Shown here one piece after another: positions 36,201-43,948 of a stretch of DNA of 64,000 nt. The notes under the pieces were generated by a model. It did not search any database, was not told the DNA's origin, and worked only from the letters and a program-made list of their open reading frames with translations. The stretch is taken from NCBI GenBank assembly GCA_004431415.1, contig QPMI01000637.1, forward strand, positions 215,910 to 279,909. Reading direction: 5' to 3'. A program made the position numbers and the translations under genes. Every line of letters begins with the position of its first letter. The stretch's first letter is position 1. Source of the DNA: Cyanophora paradoxa CCMP329 (lineage: Eukaryota > Plantae > Glaucophyta).

Positions 36201-36264
36201 GCTTGGTGCTGCTTGCATTATCATCTTGAATGGTTTCTAGATTTGGTGGGTAATTGAAGCTCAT
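30283..36264 (-). CDS. Large tail-fibre-like protein with C-terminal peptidase S74 intramolecular chaperone
   Basis: 1993 aa. C-terminal SDRRYKTDIKK..GLIAQDVQQVIPEVV..LEYTGLIPVLIEAVKEL. It also has HxHxWxxIxxKP repeats, acidic YLPDGxDP repeats, TSN(I/L)Y pentapeptide repeats and four tandem ~150-aa domains. Confidence 0.85.
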   Translation of the reverse strand: MSFNYPPNLETIQDDNASSTKHVNFDNIKVKGSVSIDHSSDNSSKTQSREHALSVNQTDPDKEDVSVAFSLGNVKANQVAEIKATRRRPRKLKTSGTHPDIPSRFDSGRLIFNVQDEQGKQNTALRIYNEGSTPKAEVPQVLQVGPIANTNQVSYTNDVYPKDITYDFARNEPFGFFTPKDVHQKKPSITINSSPSQPVAIHLHPDLVEMDRHLLPLYSNVKDLGIRTRQWRNIHGSNVYANGEKLVSEKTLREIIEHYGPNGPTVPFPIPFPNGPPDLTPKKQPGREYTATEDVAFGQHIVSWEQVRNKPIIEPRKQIDEQYLPPEVDILELDEYQFVPDEEEYLPDGFDPQEYEYDQFDPNEEEILPDGLDPQEFEYEQNYEPDEEYLPDGHDPPAVDYEQPYEPHEELLPDGFRPEIWEFFPDYEQINNKPAKYPPEDHNHDWDEILGKPQKYPPEDHRHDWGEIDGIPTEFPPSKHEHTWDEINDQPEFAKVEPLDNLGVSLYQTCNVPERIFLNEHYVHVNGTLANSAMRGPLHIRTLPGSYNPPPEPGATIPNIFVSSYMEADIPTDTFRVPTDPATYQNYNSAIQVHVADVSSLDGSRPMIVFSRDKYSYIPIVGTANDNYGRAELAWIKTNYGGVLESNQRMAAKNIHNENISRVVTEDYLEDQGYIDEGELTNILSLFVIKNDTNLTVTSNIYTSNLYTSNIFTSNLWASNIYGSNLEVDYLTVNIEANLPNHPTSNVVLGWIDNHTHTKDEITDFAHEHLWEHITNPPLTFPPSPHEHLWEHITNPPLTFPPDPHSHDYSQITNCNHRHPWNEIDEQPVFAQLNAIGNVFNGVTLYQSSNTPERLYLNDHYVSLNGTFTGQTGTPMVGTLAVRLPRDPIVNGVYSGDFNVGVNDTFPSIYVTNYHPGEIGQVADFSAAIQVNVTDQSAYDGARPKIVFTREKVVNYLPVAGQPTDDHGKCEMAWIKTTSGGALEVNQRMAAKNLHNTTLSGVVTDDYLTNKGYLTSADLSSYATDAELTAALGNYLPLTGGTVNGTVNATTLQFGGNTIPKGFEFDQLDTVSTDRSANNWTINWTGQRTGLTGCYTTPENDTDSSGCWMRWTIPEGMKSFFIQLLLWVNCRYFDVYGETVNGHQHFLRRVNNYQAIQNTAIQDGTYPGIVFTSINCDFYKKILVKGVKGRIYFTGVFGWSRQRAIDNDVGLLHYDNIAFNPVGKYSDFDVVSGWNSTGVAFVGTWTTAWKPTTDNPVEGFYSSTTDDATSSDYMQITVPAGMKTCHIQYLCWTNGRYFDIQGYRNSRWNHIMRVNTYQNVSNTADTNWHDSLLWTSVFCGNFTHIRVVARKGRVHIGMFGWTKEVGRTAPANGMISWDNVYSKPSFYSATDLPGTATWITNTWLKSTDNIERIWFGNGNTTYIRGYGNSDGVSIEFRNSADGAILKSYNNGNLWVNNTLTVPTISATTIGATTIDVATLKRNGYEIPKFYGFDDTVAGGAYHSSGGTWSVGYGTAWDPGYNYGSHVYNSESQDEVSTTTWIQYTIPTALVNGTAYLTHLPWYNCRYFEIWGVRSNGAIVFITRVNNYQPHDGNADGHHNGLNNVPIFLAGRFTHLRIYPRVGRVHIMGIGFTHDRANSSSYGGHTGFISWDNIYSKPNLLTTNLVGNITGFDTWSGTGSGGLSFSGSWVSGWTASYDNPVDGFYSSISDDTTSGDWAQIEKPANMKTCHVQYLCWTNCRYFDIGGYRSGRWFHIMRVNTYQAIANYGTSDYHDGLAWASFACDNFSHVRFVASKGRCYIGMVGWTKEKGRTTPANGTICWDNVFSKPDCATWATGDWIRSSDDYERVYFGSAGTTYIRGHTTTVVEFRNTIDTHVAFINDDGYMWVRNYLGQGSDRRYKTDIKKITGALSAIEKLEGVSFKRIGSEKDGTRLGLIAQDVQQVIPEVVRAKQDDGYLALEYTGLIPVLIEAVKELSKKCKGLQDQIDQIKNVTV

Positions 36265-36307
36265 GGCTTTTACTATATGGATTTATAAAATTCCTGATAA
36301 GTAAAAG

Positions 36308-37864
36308 ATGCCTCTCAAGGTCGTTTTAGCATTATCAGGTGGAGGTGCAAGGGGCATTATCATAACCAGGCTGCTCAAAGAAATCGAAAATCGAACTGGC
36401 AGGCGAATTATTGACCTTGTGGATCTTGTGAGTGGAACTTCCACTGGTGGGATCATTGCTATTGGGTTAAACATCAGGCATCCTGATAAACCAGGTGAAC
36501 CTAAACTCACAGCAAACGATTTACACAATATTTACCTAACTCAACTGCCCTTGATTTTCGCAAATCCTCGAAATATCATCGAAAATGCCCTATTTAACAC
36601 AAAGTATGATGTCGGACCCTTGGAGACTGCAATCAATTCAGTTACTGGGGAATCACTAATACAGGACTCCCTAAAGGACATTGTAATTACATCATTTGAC
36701 ACTCAGAATATGAAACCAATATTTATCACAAATGATAACAATTACAACTTTATGCCCTGTAAGATTGCTGCTAGGGCTACTTCTGCTGCTCCTACATACT
36801 TTTCACCTGTAAGCATTGTTGATTTCAATCGGGGAGTATATGTCTGTCTCATTGATGGTGCCATTTCGGGAAACAATAATCCCAGTGTGTGTGGTTACAG
36901 CCATGCAAAGAAGATTTACAGTGATGATGATGACATTATAGTAATAAGTATCTCTTGTGGAGAGGTGGACCCACATTTAGAGTCTGATTATGTGGGTTAT
37001 GCTTATGAGACTGTGAACAGCTGGGGCATTCTCTCATGGATTGCCTCAACAGATGGAAGCCCATTGATTAACATGCTCATGGCTGCAAGTGAGCTATCTG
37101 CCCTTGATAAGATGGATGAGTTGTTACCCTACAACTATGATCAGGATTATGGGAGATATTACAGGCTATCAGTACCTCTTCCGAATCACATAGTAAGCTC
37201 CCTGGATGACACCACAAAGATTCCAGATATGCTTGCATTTACTGAAACCTACATAGCAGCAAACAATGATATGATCAATAAGCTTTGCAGCCTACTAGTA
37301 GCAAACTATGAACTAAAGAACCCTACAAAGGCTTACATCTCATCCACTCTCACTACATCACCTCCTTTGGATGCTAATTGGTATCAGCTTGCAGATGATG
37401 CCTTCACTGCCTCATCCTCTGTGACAGGTAAAGAGCCTTTCATGGCTAGACCTTCAGCATTTGGCTGGGAAGCTGGAGCCTATGCTCCTGAGCAGATATG
37501 GGAAACCCCCACTGAATACCTTCAAGTTGCTTTCCCATATACTTTCGAACTCTCCTCTGTGATTGCCTATGGTTCAGGGGACACCAATGCTTTTATTAAG
37601 ACTTTCAATGTGGCAACATCCACTGATGGGATCAACTGGTCTTTTATTCGATCAGATGGGCAAAACAAAATATATGTCTGTGAGAACATTAACAATGCTC
37701 ACAACTCAGGTGATGTTGCTTTATTGAGTGGATTTCCTCTCAGCATCAAGGATGCTTTTTACATAGGTTTTTCTCTCAGAATTAAATATATTCGCATTTA
37801 TCCCCTTGTGTATGTGAATGCTCCCACAATGAGAGTTGACTTTACAGGTGCCTTTATTCGATAA
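36308..37864 (+). CDS. Patatin-like phospholipase fused to a C-terminal discoidin (F5/8 type C) domain
   Basis: LSGGGARG, GTSTG nucleophile elbow, ATSAAPTYF, DGA. C-terminal FTASS..EYLQV..STDGINW..KYIRIYP..MRVDF. Confidence 0.88.
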   Translation: MPLKVVLALSGGGARGIIITRLLKEIENRTGRRIIDLVDLVSGTSTGGIIAIGLNIRHPDKPGEPKLTANDLHNIYLTQLPLIFANPRNIIENALFNTKYDVGPLETAINSVTGESLIQDSLKDIVITSFDTQNMKPIFITNDNNYNFMPCKIAARATSAAPTYFSPVSIVDFNRGVYVCLIDGAISGNNNPSVCGYSHAKKIYSDDDDIIVISISCGEVDPHLESDYVGYAYETVNSWGILSWIASTDGSPLINMLMAASELSALDKMDELLPYNYDQDYGRYYRLSVPLPNHIVSSLDDTTKIPDMLAFTETYIAANNDMINKLCSLLVANYELKNPTKAYISSTLTTSPPLDANWYQLADDAFTASSSVTGKEPFMARPSAFGWEAGAYAPEQIWETPTEYLQVAFPYTFELSSVIAYGSGDTNAFIKTFNVATSTDGINWSFIRSDGQNKIYVCENINNAHNSGDVALLSGFPLSIKDAFYIGFSLRIKYIRIYPLVYVNAPTMRVDFTGAFIR

Positions 37865-38786
37865 ACTCCAACTGAAAAGAATTATCGATTCCATTCATAT
37901 CAATCAGTTCACCAAAGTAATCTTTAAACTCAACTGTGAGTTCCCTTATCACCAGGTTTCTGTCATTTATCTGAATGAATTCTGCATGTTCACCACTATG
38001 GTAAACATAGCCACCTATATCCTTACTCAATTGCAATCTAAGGATTGCCCCCTGGTTATGTGGTTGCGATTTTGGAATTATATTGTGTCTGCTGGCAAAA
38101 GGGGCAAGCTCTTTAATGTGCATGTATAGATACTGCTCAGCATTCATATCAGACATCTTCCTGCTGTCAAAATAATATTGCAAGGGCTTAGAGGAGAGTC
38201 TGGGTCCTGAGAAGGTGATTCCCCATGCTGGATGATCAGGTGTAATAGGTTTACCATCATACTTTAAAAGGTTCTCAGGTCGATAGGGAGATCCACCAAC
38301 AGGAGGAGTGCTATAATACCCAGTGGTGTATTCAGTAGAACTTACACCCAAAAGCTTCCCTATTCGCTTGTTGCTTGCAATAAAACGGAACTCATGGTTA
38401 CTGTAAAACTCCACTTTATAGGTAGTTGGATTGTAGAATATCTTGAACTCAAAAGCTACTGTTTTGCCTGCAATGGTTTGGAAGCTTGAATAGTTCAGCC
38501 CATAATTATAAGGGTGTGTTACCCCAAAATGACCCTGATTGATGTAGCCACTGGGAAGGGGATACACTTGTTGTGTGATCACTTGGTTATATGAACCATC
38601 TTGGTAATTAAACTGAACTGTTAGATGATCAGTTCCCACACTGTTATAGATACTGTTTGGAATCTCTGCATATAGAACCCTGCATTCTCTTGGTCTCTCT
38701 ACTGGAGTTGTGAGGGTGACCCTGTAAGAGTTTTCATTTTGTCCTTGGCTTCTATCCCTGCTATCAATATTAACGAGCCGGTTCAT
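37854..38786 (-). CDS. Minor capsid (penton) protein 1
   Basis: N-terminal IDSRDR..SYRVTLTTP..AEIPNSIYN and C-terminal LTVEFKDYFGELIDMNG.DNSFQLEF, typical of PLV/NCLDV single-jelly-roll pentons. Confidence 0.8.
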   Translation of the reverse strand: MNRLVNIDSRDRSQGQNENSYRVTLTTPVERPRECRVLYAEIPNSIYNSVGTDHLTVQFNYQDGSYNQVITQQVYPLPSGYINQGHFGVTHPYNYGLNYSSFQTIAGKTVAFEFKIFYNPTTYKVEFYSNHEFRFIASNKRIGKLLGVSSTEYTTGYYSTPPVGGSPYRPENLLKYDGKPITPDHPAWGITFSGPRLSSKPLQYYFDSRKMSDMNAEQYLYMHIKELAPFASRHNIIPKSQPHNQGAILRLQLSKDIGGYVYHSGEHAEFIQINDRNLVIRELTVEFKDYFGELIDMNGIDNSFQLEFIE

Positions 38787-38815
38787 TTTAATATATAAAT
38801 ATAGATAAAAGAAGA

Positions 38816-39826
38816 ATGCCTGTGGATTACATCGAGGTTAGCTCATTTAATACAATCTCTGGTGATGGTCCCACTTCAAGCTTTGTGGCTAGACTCCCCA
38901 GTAGTTATGAGAATGTGAGGGCTGTGAGACTGGTCTCAGCCGAATTTTATAACAGTATCCCTATGGTGAGTGGTGAAACCAAAGCAGGAGATGTCACAGT
39001 TGATAACACATTTAGTATTTATTATTCGGAACAAACTCCAGGAGCTGGAAGCTCAGGAATTCCAACAACTCGCCCAGCTGCTGATTTTGAACAATGGAAA
39101 CAATTCATGGTAAATCGCGAGACCCCCATCCAAAGCCACCAACAGCTGGTGAATGTAATCAACTCAAAATTCATTGGCAGAACTCCCCAACCATCCATTC
39201 GCTGCAAATGGGATGAGTCACTGAAACGAATTATATTCCACTCGGCAGTGCCTTTTTACCTGGCTTTCTCACTTGCTGTAAACCCAAGCCAACAAACAAT
39301 CCAAAAGCTATTGAGTTCAGCTAGACTGCTTGGTCTTGATCCTGGAAGATATGGGAATTCCCCAATCAAATCCCAAGTTTATGATGCTCTCACTGATGGA
39401 ATCTTTACTGATGGTCGAGTGAATGGCATTATATCTTCTTTTGAGCCTGAGAAGACCAGGGACAGTGTTTTGTTTGTGAGAGTAAAGGAGCTGGGTGATC
39501 TGGTTCAATGTGGGGATGGTCTTCTGACTGGTTACTTTCATAAAATAGTGGTTCCTGACAAAGATTATGGTGAGCATGTTGTTTACAATTCAACAGAGGC
39601 TCATCCACTTTATAAATACTATAACAAAAAGGTTGGATTATCCACTTTCTCGGTTGATATTGTTAATGCTGTAAATGAACCAATTGATTTTGAGGGTCAA
39701 CCTGTTCATCTGACCTTTGAAATTCGCTATGGTGATGAGCCAGCAGGAGACCCAGTTTATGAATACTTTAAGATGAGAATGTCGCAGCTTCACCCTTCCT
39801 ATCCAGTTATTACAAGCTTCGCATAA
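38816..39826 (+). CDS. Minor capsid (penton) protein 2
   Basis: SSFVARLPSSYENVRAVRLVSAEFYNSIP ... FSVDIVNAVNEPIDFEGQPVHLTFEI; it lies directly upstream of the MCP. Confidence 0.75.
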   Translation: MPVDYIEVSSFNTISGDGPTSSFVARLPSSYENVRAVRLVSAEFYNSIPMVSGETKAGDVTVDNTFSIYYSEQTPGAGSSGIPTTRPAADFEQWKQFMVNRETPIQSHQQLVNVINSKFIGRTPQPSIRCKWDESLKRIIFHSAVPFYLAFSLAVNPSQQTIQKLLSSARLLGLDPGRYGNSPIKSQVYDALTDGIFTDGRVNGIISSFEPEKTRDSVLFVRVKELGDLVQCGDGLLTGYFHKIVVPDKDYGEHVVYNSTEAHPLYKYYNKKVGLSTFSVDIVNAVNEPIDFEGQPVHLTFEIRYGDEPAGDPVYEYFKMRMSQLHPSYPVITSFA

Positions 39827-39879
39827 ATTAAGGATCATTGGTAGATTTTTTATGTTGCAGTATAATAAAAGAGAATATA

Positions 39880-41248
39880 ATGGATATCACTTCCACTCTT
39901 CAAAGACTTTCGCTGAAAGAAGCCCTAACAACCCCAGAGGAGGCGAAAGCCTTTTTCCTGGATAACTCCCTTATGCTTGGTCTCGAATCCAAGTCTAAGC
40001 CAGTTCTAGTTGTTGTGAATCCCAGCAATACTTTTGAGAATAATGTTGGAAATCGCATTTCCTTCAAGCTACCTCGCTACAATTTCTGTGGAAAACTCGA
40101 ACTTGCTTTCGACCTTCCAGCCATCACTTTTGCTGGTGATACTGACCTAGTTCGCAATGGATACACTCGCCCAGTTGGTGCTTTAGTTCAGCGACTTGAA
40201 ATTACCTATGGATCTTACACCTACCATATTCCATCTGATTTCCTTGCTCATTTCCCCTGGTCTATTATTCGGAGGATCAACTAGCTAAAAAGAAGCGATC
40301 AATGGGCATGGTTCATGGCATTCCTGCTCATGGAACCAACCGCCTTGGTGGCTCATTTTTCGTTGAAATTCCTGTGCCTTGGCTAAATCACTACCTTCCC
40401 CTTGGTGCTTTATCTGGTGAAATGGTTGTTACTGTTTGGTTTAAGGATGCTGGAAAGGGTTATGTTGAAACTTCCTATGGTGGTCGTGGTCTTACTGTTG
40501 CAGCAGATGATGTAGATTATTCAAAAGATGACGGTCTTGGAACTGCCCCTGCTGAAACTGTTCTGGCAAATGTTGGTCAAAACATCACAGACTTTACTCT
40601 TGGTGCAACAACCCCTGTCATTTCTATTACTTCTCCTCGCCTTTACATGCATGCTATTAATGTTTCTGATGAGCTTTTCGCTACTGTAATTGAAAAAGTA
40701 AAGACTACTGGCATGGCTATTCCCTCCTTGATATTGGATTTGTAGATGCTAGTGCTTTCCCTGCCAAGGGCAATGCCCAACCCAATCGAATTAACCTCTC
40801 TCAAATCTCAGGTCTTGTTTATGCTCTGCTTGTTTCAGTTCGTGATAATGCAACTGTTGATAAATCCACTGGCTCCCACAGTGTTCTTAAGACCTATGCC
40901 AACTCCAAAGATATTACTTTCACTGTTGAAATTAATGGACAGCGACTTTATGCCACTGAGCCAATTTCTCTACTCAAAGGTGCTGAGCTAATTGCTGATG
41001 CCTTCAAATGCTCTAACATGGATAAGGTTGCTGATCGCTATGTCCTTTCAGGTTTAAGTTTCTGCATTGATGGAGAGAAGGCAATTCGAAATATTGCCCA
41101 GTCTGGTTATGTTGATTTAACAAATTCCTCCTCTTCATTCCTCACCCTGTACATGCCTTCAGATAAGGTAATCGATGTTAATGTTCGCGCTCTCATGCAT
41201 TCCTATATAATTTTGGACAAGGATGGGCTTCGTCGTATAAATTTGTAG
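39880..41248 (+). CDS. Double-jelly-roll major capsid protein (~456 aa after restoring two 1-nt deletions)
   Basis: ISFKLPRYNFCGKLELAFDLPAI..VQRLEITYG. Adding 1 nt at the C-run 40254-40257 and 1 nt near 40725 gives a single stop-free frame. It sits between a penton and the ATPase. Confidence 0.7.
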
Positions 41249-41313
41249 ATTGTGACGATATTCAGTCTCTCTGCATTATTTTTATCTGTACTTATTTAGA
41301 AAGATATACAACA

Positions 41314-42084
41314 ATGCAAGATCTGGAAGAATTTAATGCTGGTGAAATGATAGAACCCCTTTCAGACTACTCATACTAGGTAAAGTGGATGCGGAAAACT
41401 GAAGCCGTAAAATATTATTTGAAACAGCTGCATGATGCCAAAAAGATTGATACAACCTTATTATATCCGCTACTCATTCTCACATTTCTGGGACAAAGCT
41501 GCTACTGTTCAACTGGGTGCATGGGATCCCAATACATGTCGAAATTATAAAGAAAGAGAGGCAAAAAGGAGAAAGGAGAAGAACTTAACCATATGCTGGT
41601 GATTTTAGAGGATATGATAGAAAATGACCAGCTGGATCTCAGTCGAGATAAAACAGTTGGAATGCTTTATGTTCGTGGCAGACATGTGAATATATCAATA
41701 ATAACTATCTCTCAGAAATTACGAAAGGTTGCAAGTGTAATTCGCTGCAATAGTGATATAGTAATTATGGTTTGTGCAAGCAATCAAAAGAGCTGGAAGC
41801 ATTTGCAGAGGAGTTTTCGACATTTCCTCGAAAAGAAGATTTCTATAAACTGTTTGAAGAGTATGTCCACTCATACCAGTTCCTTGTTTATACATCTTTC
41901 AAGTATAATGTGGCTACTATGTTGATAAAGCCGATTTAGTTGGAGATTTCGATTTCCTCGCTTCCACAGGAAGCCCAAGAAGAAAGAAGATGAACTGAAA
42001 CCACCAGAGAAAGAGGAAGCCCCTAAAGAAGTGAAAAGCCAAGTCCATAGCAATAAATTGATGCGATATAAACGCGGTTTATAA
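41314..42084 (+). CDS. A32/FtsK-type genome packaging ATPase (frameshifted in this assembly)
   Basis: Reconstructed Walker A LILGKSGCGKT (~41360-41400), Walker B MLVILEDM, and RGRHVNISIITISQ..IRCNSD. The 3' end is approximate. Confidence 0.85.
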
Positions 42085-42112
42085 AATTATCTCTCATTCT
42101 AATAAAGATACA

Positions 42113-42845
42113 ATGCCTCCCAAACGAAAGATAGGGATTCCAGCTGGGGCTGTTGGCTATTCAGGTGGTGGAAACAATGGATCCATTAATACTGAACCAA
42201 TGAAATTCAATGGTATGAATGAGGTGAAGCCCTCACAGCAAGAAGAAGACCCCTCAATGCTGCCTATGAGGAATCAGTTGATGACAAAGCCCACAGGCTT
42301 CAACCAGTGACCAACTCAACATCTCACCAGAAGCCTCAAAAATGAAAGCTGTTGCTGAGGGTGCCAGGCGAATTATTGGGCTGCTGATGACAAAGGTTTA
42401 GGCTTGCAAGATCTTTCACTGGCTCGCAAAGGTGAGGGTCTTAGTAAGGAATCAGACAAGGTAATTCAGTCTATGGCTGGTGAAGTCACATACAAGACTG
42501 CTCCCACTCAAAATATTCATCGAATTCCCAAGGCTCAATTGGGATGAGATGACTGCTAAACTCAAAGATCTGGAAGCCAAATCAAGTGCCTTGGAGCAGT
42601 ATGTTACTGAGAAGAAAGAGAGATCCAAGCTAAAGGAGATGCTTCGAAAGGAAGTTTATAAAATGGGCATTACTGGTGTCCCAGATAAACAGTTTATTGC
42701 TAAGAAAGAGAACCAAATTGATGAGCAGGCAGTAGATGAAATGAAAACAAAGACCCAGAAGGGAACTATTGAACCTGGTGCCACCAAAGCTGAAGTAGAA
42801 AAGGGAGTTGCCCCAACAGTATATAAAAGACGAGTTTGGCTTTAA
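42113..42845 (+). CDS. Hypothetical protein (MPPKRK start; frameshifted fragments), possible core protein
   Basis: ORFs 42113-42310 and 42480-42845 appear to be pieces of one gene; basic and coiled-coil composition. Confidence 0.4.
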
Positions 42846-42867
42846 TTATCTCTGTTTTATTAGAGAT

Positions 42868-43149
42868 ATGGACATAATACGAAAGTTCTTCGAGATGTTC
42901 AGTCTGCATGTGGTGAGCAATTGCCACAGTGGATGTTGTGACACAACAGTGGAGTTTGAGATGTCAGATAATGAGGATAATGCCTCAGAAGCAAGAGAGA
43001 GAAGGAGGTCTACAGTTTCTGTGGAGTCAATGCCAGCAGACCCCACAGAGTATACATATGAGCAACAGGAGCAACAGGAGTATCCAAGGAGAAGTTCTTT
43101 ACCAGCAGAAAACGTTTTCTCTGGGAATATAAATGGAGGATACTATTAG
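42868..43149 (+). CDS. Small hypothetical protein
   Basis: ATG at 42868, in frame with ORF 42808-43149; contains a CHSGCC motif. Confidence 0.4.
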   Translation: MDIIRKFFEMFSLHVVSNCHSGCCDTTVEFEMSDNEDNASEARERRRSTVSVESMPADPTEYTYEQQEQQEYPRRSSLPAENVFSGNINGGYY

Positions 43150-43378
43150 TTTAATCGAGTTTACCAGTGATGAACCTGTTACTGAGGGTTCTATTAGACA
43201 CATACTAGCAATGCAGAAACGATATAGAGAGGACCCAGAATATAGAGAGTATAAAAAGCAGCAAGCCCTGGCATCCTATTATCGCAGAAAAGCCAAAAAA
43301 GAGGAGCAGAGACCCAGAGGGAGACCGATTAAATATTATTTGCCTACTGATAGTAGCAATGGACCCCCAGGTCTATAA
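43133..43378 (+). CDS. Small basic protein with AT-hook-like motif
   Basis: YYRRKAKKEEQRPRGRPIKY (PRGRP core). Confidence 0.5.
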   Translation: MEDTISLIEFTSDEPVTEGSIRHILAMQKRYREDPEYREYKKQQALASYYRRKAKKEEQRPRGRPIKYYLPTDSSNGPPGL

Positions 43379-43755
43379 GATAATTGAGAAAAAGCGGTCT
43401 CAGTATGCCACTGAGGCAGCTATAAAAATATATACAAAGGAATTGGCTTTATACTTGCAATCAAGTCACAGATAACTTTTGTAAATATGCTTTTGTTGTT
43501 TTTTGTTTGCATTCTCAGACACTGAAACAGTTATGTGAATGTTTACTGATCTATTTCTCTTTGGTTTTGCTGCATACATATTGTAACCTATCAATCTCTG
43601 TGACATTTCGATATATGCCCCTATATCTCCATGCTTTATGCATTTATCTAACTCATTCATGGTCATCTCATCAAGAGTTTTTGCCATTTTGTCTTCACTA
43701 TACACAATCAAGTAAGCCTTAAGTATTCTTGTCAAATTTTGGTCTTTTTCGATAG

Positions 43756-43847
43756 GTGTCACAGGTGTTCACAGGTTTTTATCGTCCCCTGGTCATTTTT
43801 CGTTTTATAGCCCCCTAGATGGGATGGACCTGTGACACCTGTGAACA
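43756..43847. repeat. Inverted tgtcacagg iteron pair; further copies at 26957-27046 and 53304-53391
   Basis: gtgtcacaggtgttcacagg ... cctgtgacacctgtgaaca, ~100 bp downstream of the helicase gene. Confidence 0.8.
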
Positions 43848-43948
43848 ACACCATTTCCAGTAAGGCTATAAAAAATACATATACATTTCAATCATAAATC
43901 GTTTTGTTTAATATTCAACATCCTCTCCATTGTCTTCTTGAACCCTTG

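Noticed and set aside
40746-40991. Separate 81-aa ORF in the MCP region
   Set aside because: It is an off-frame shadow; another frame runs stop-free from ~40725 into ORF 41018-41248.
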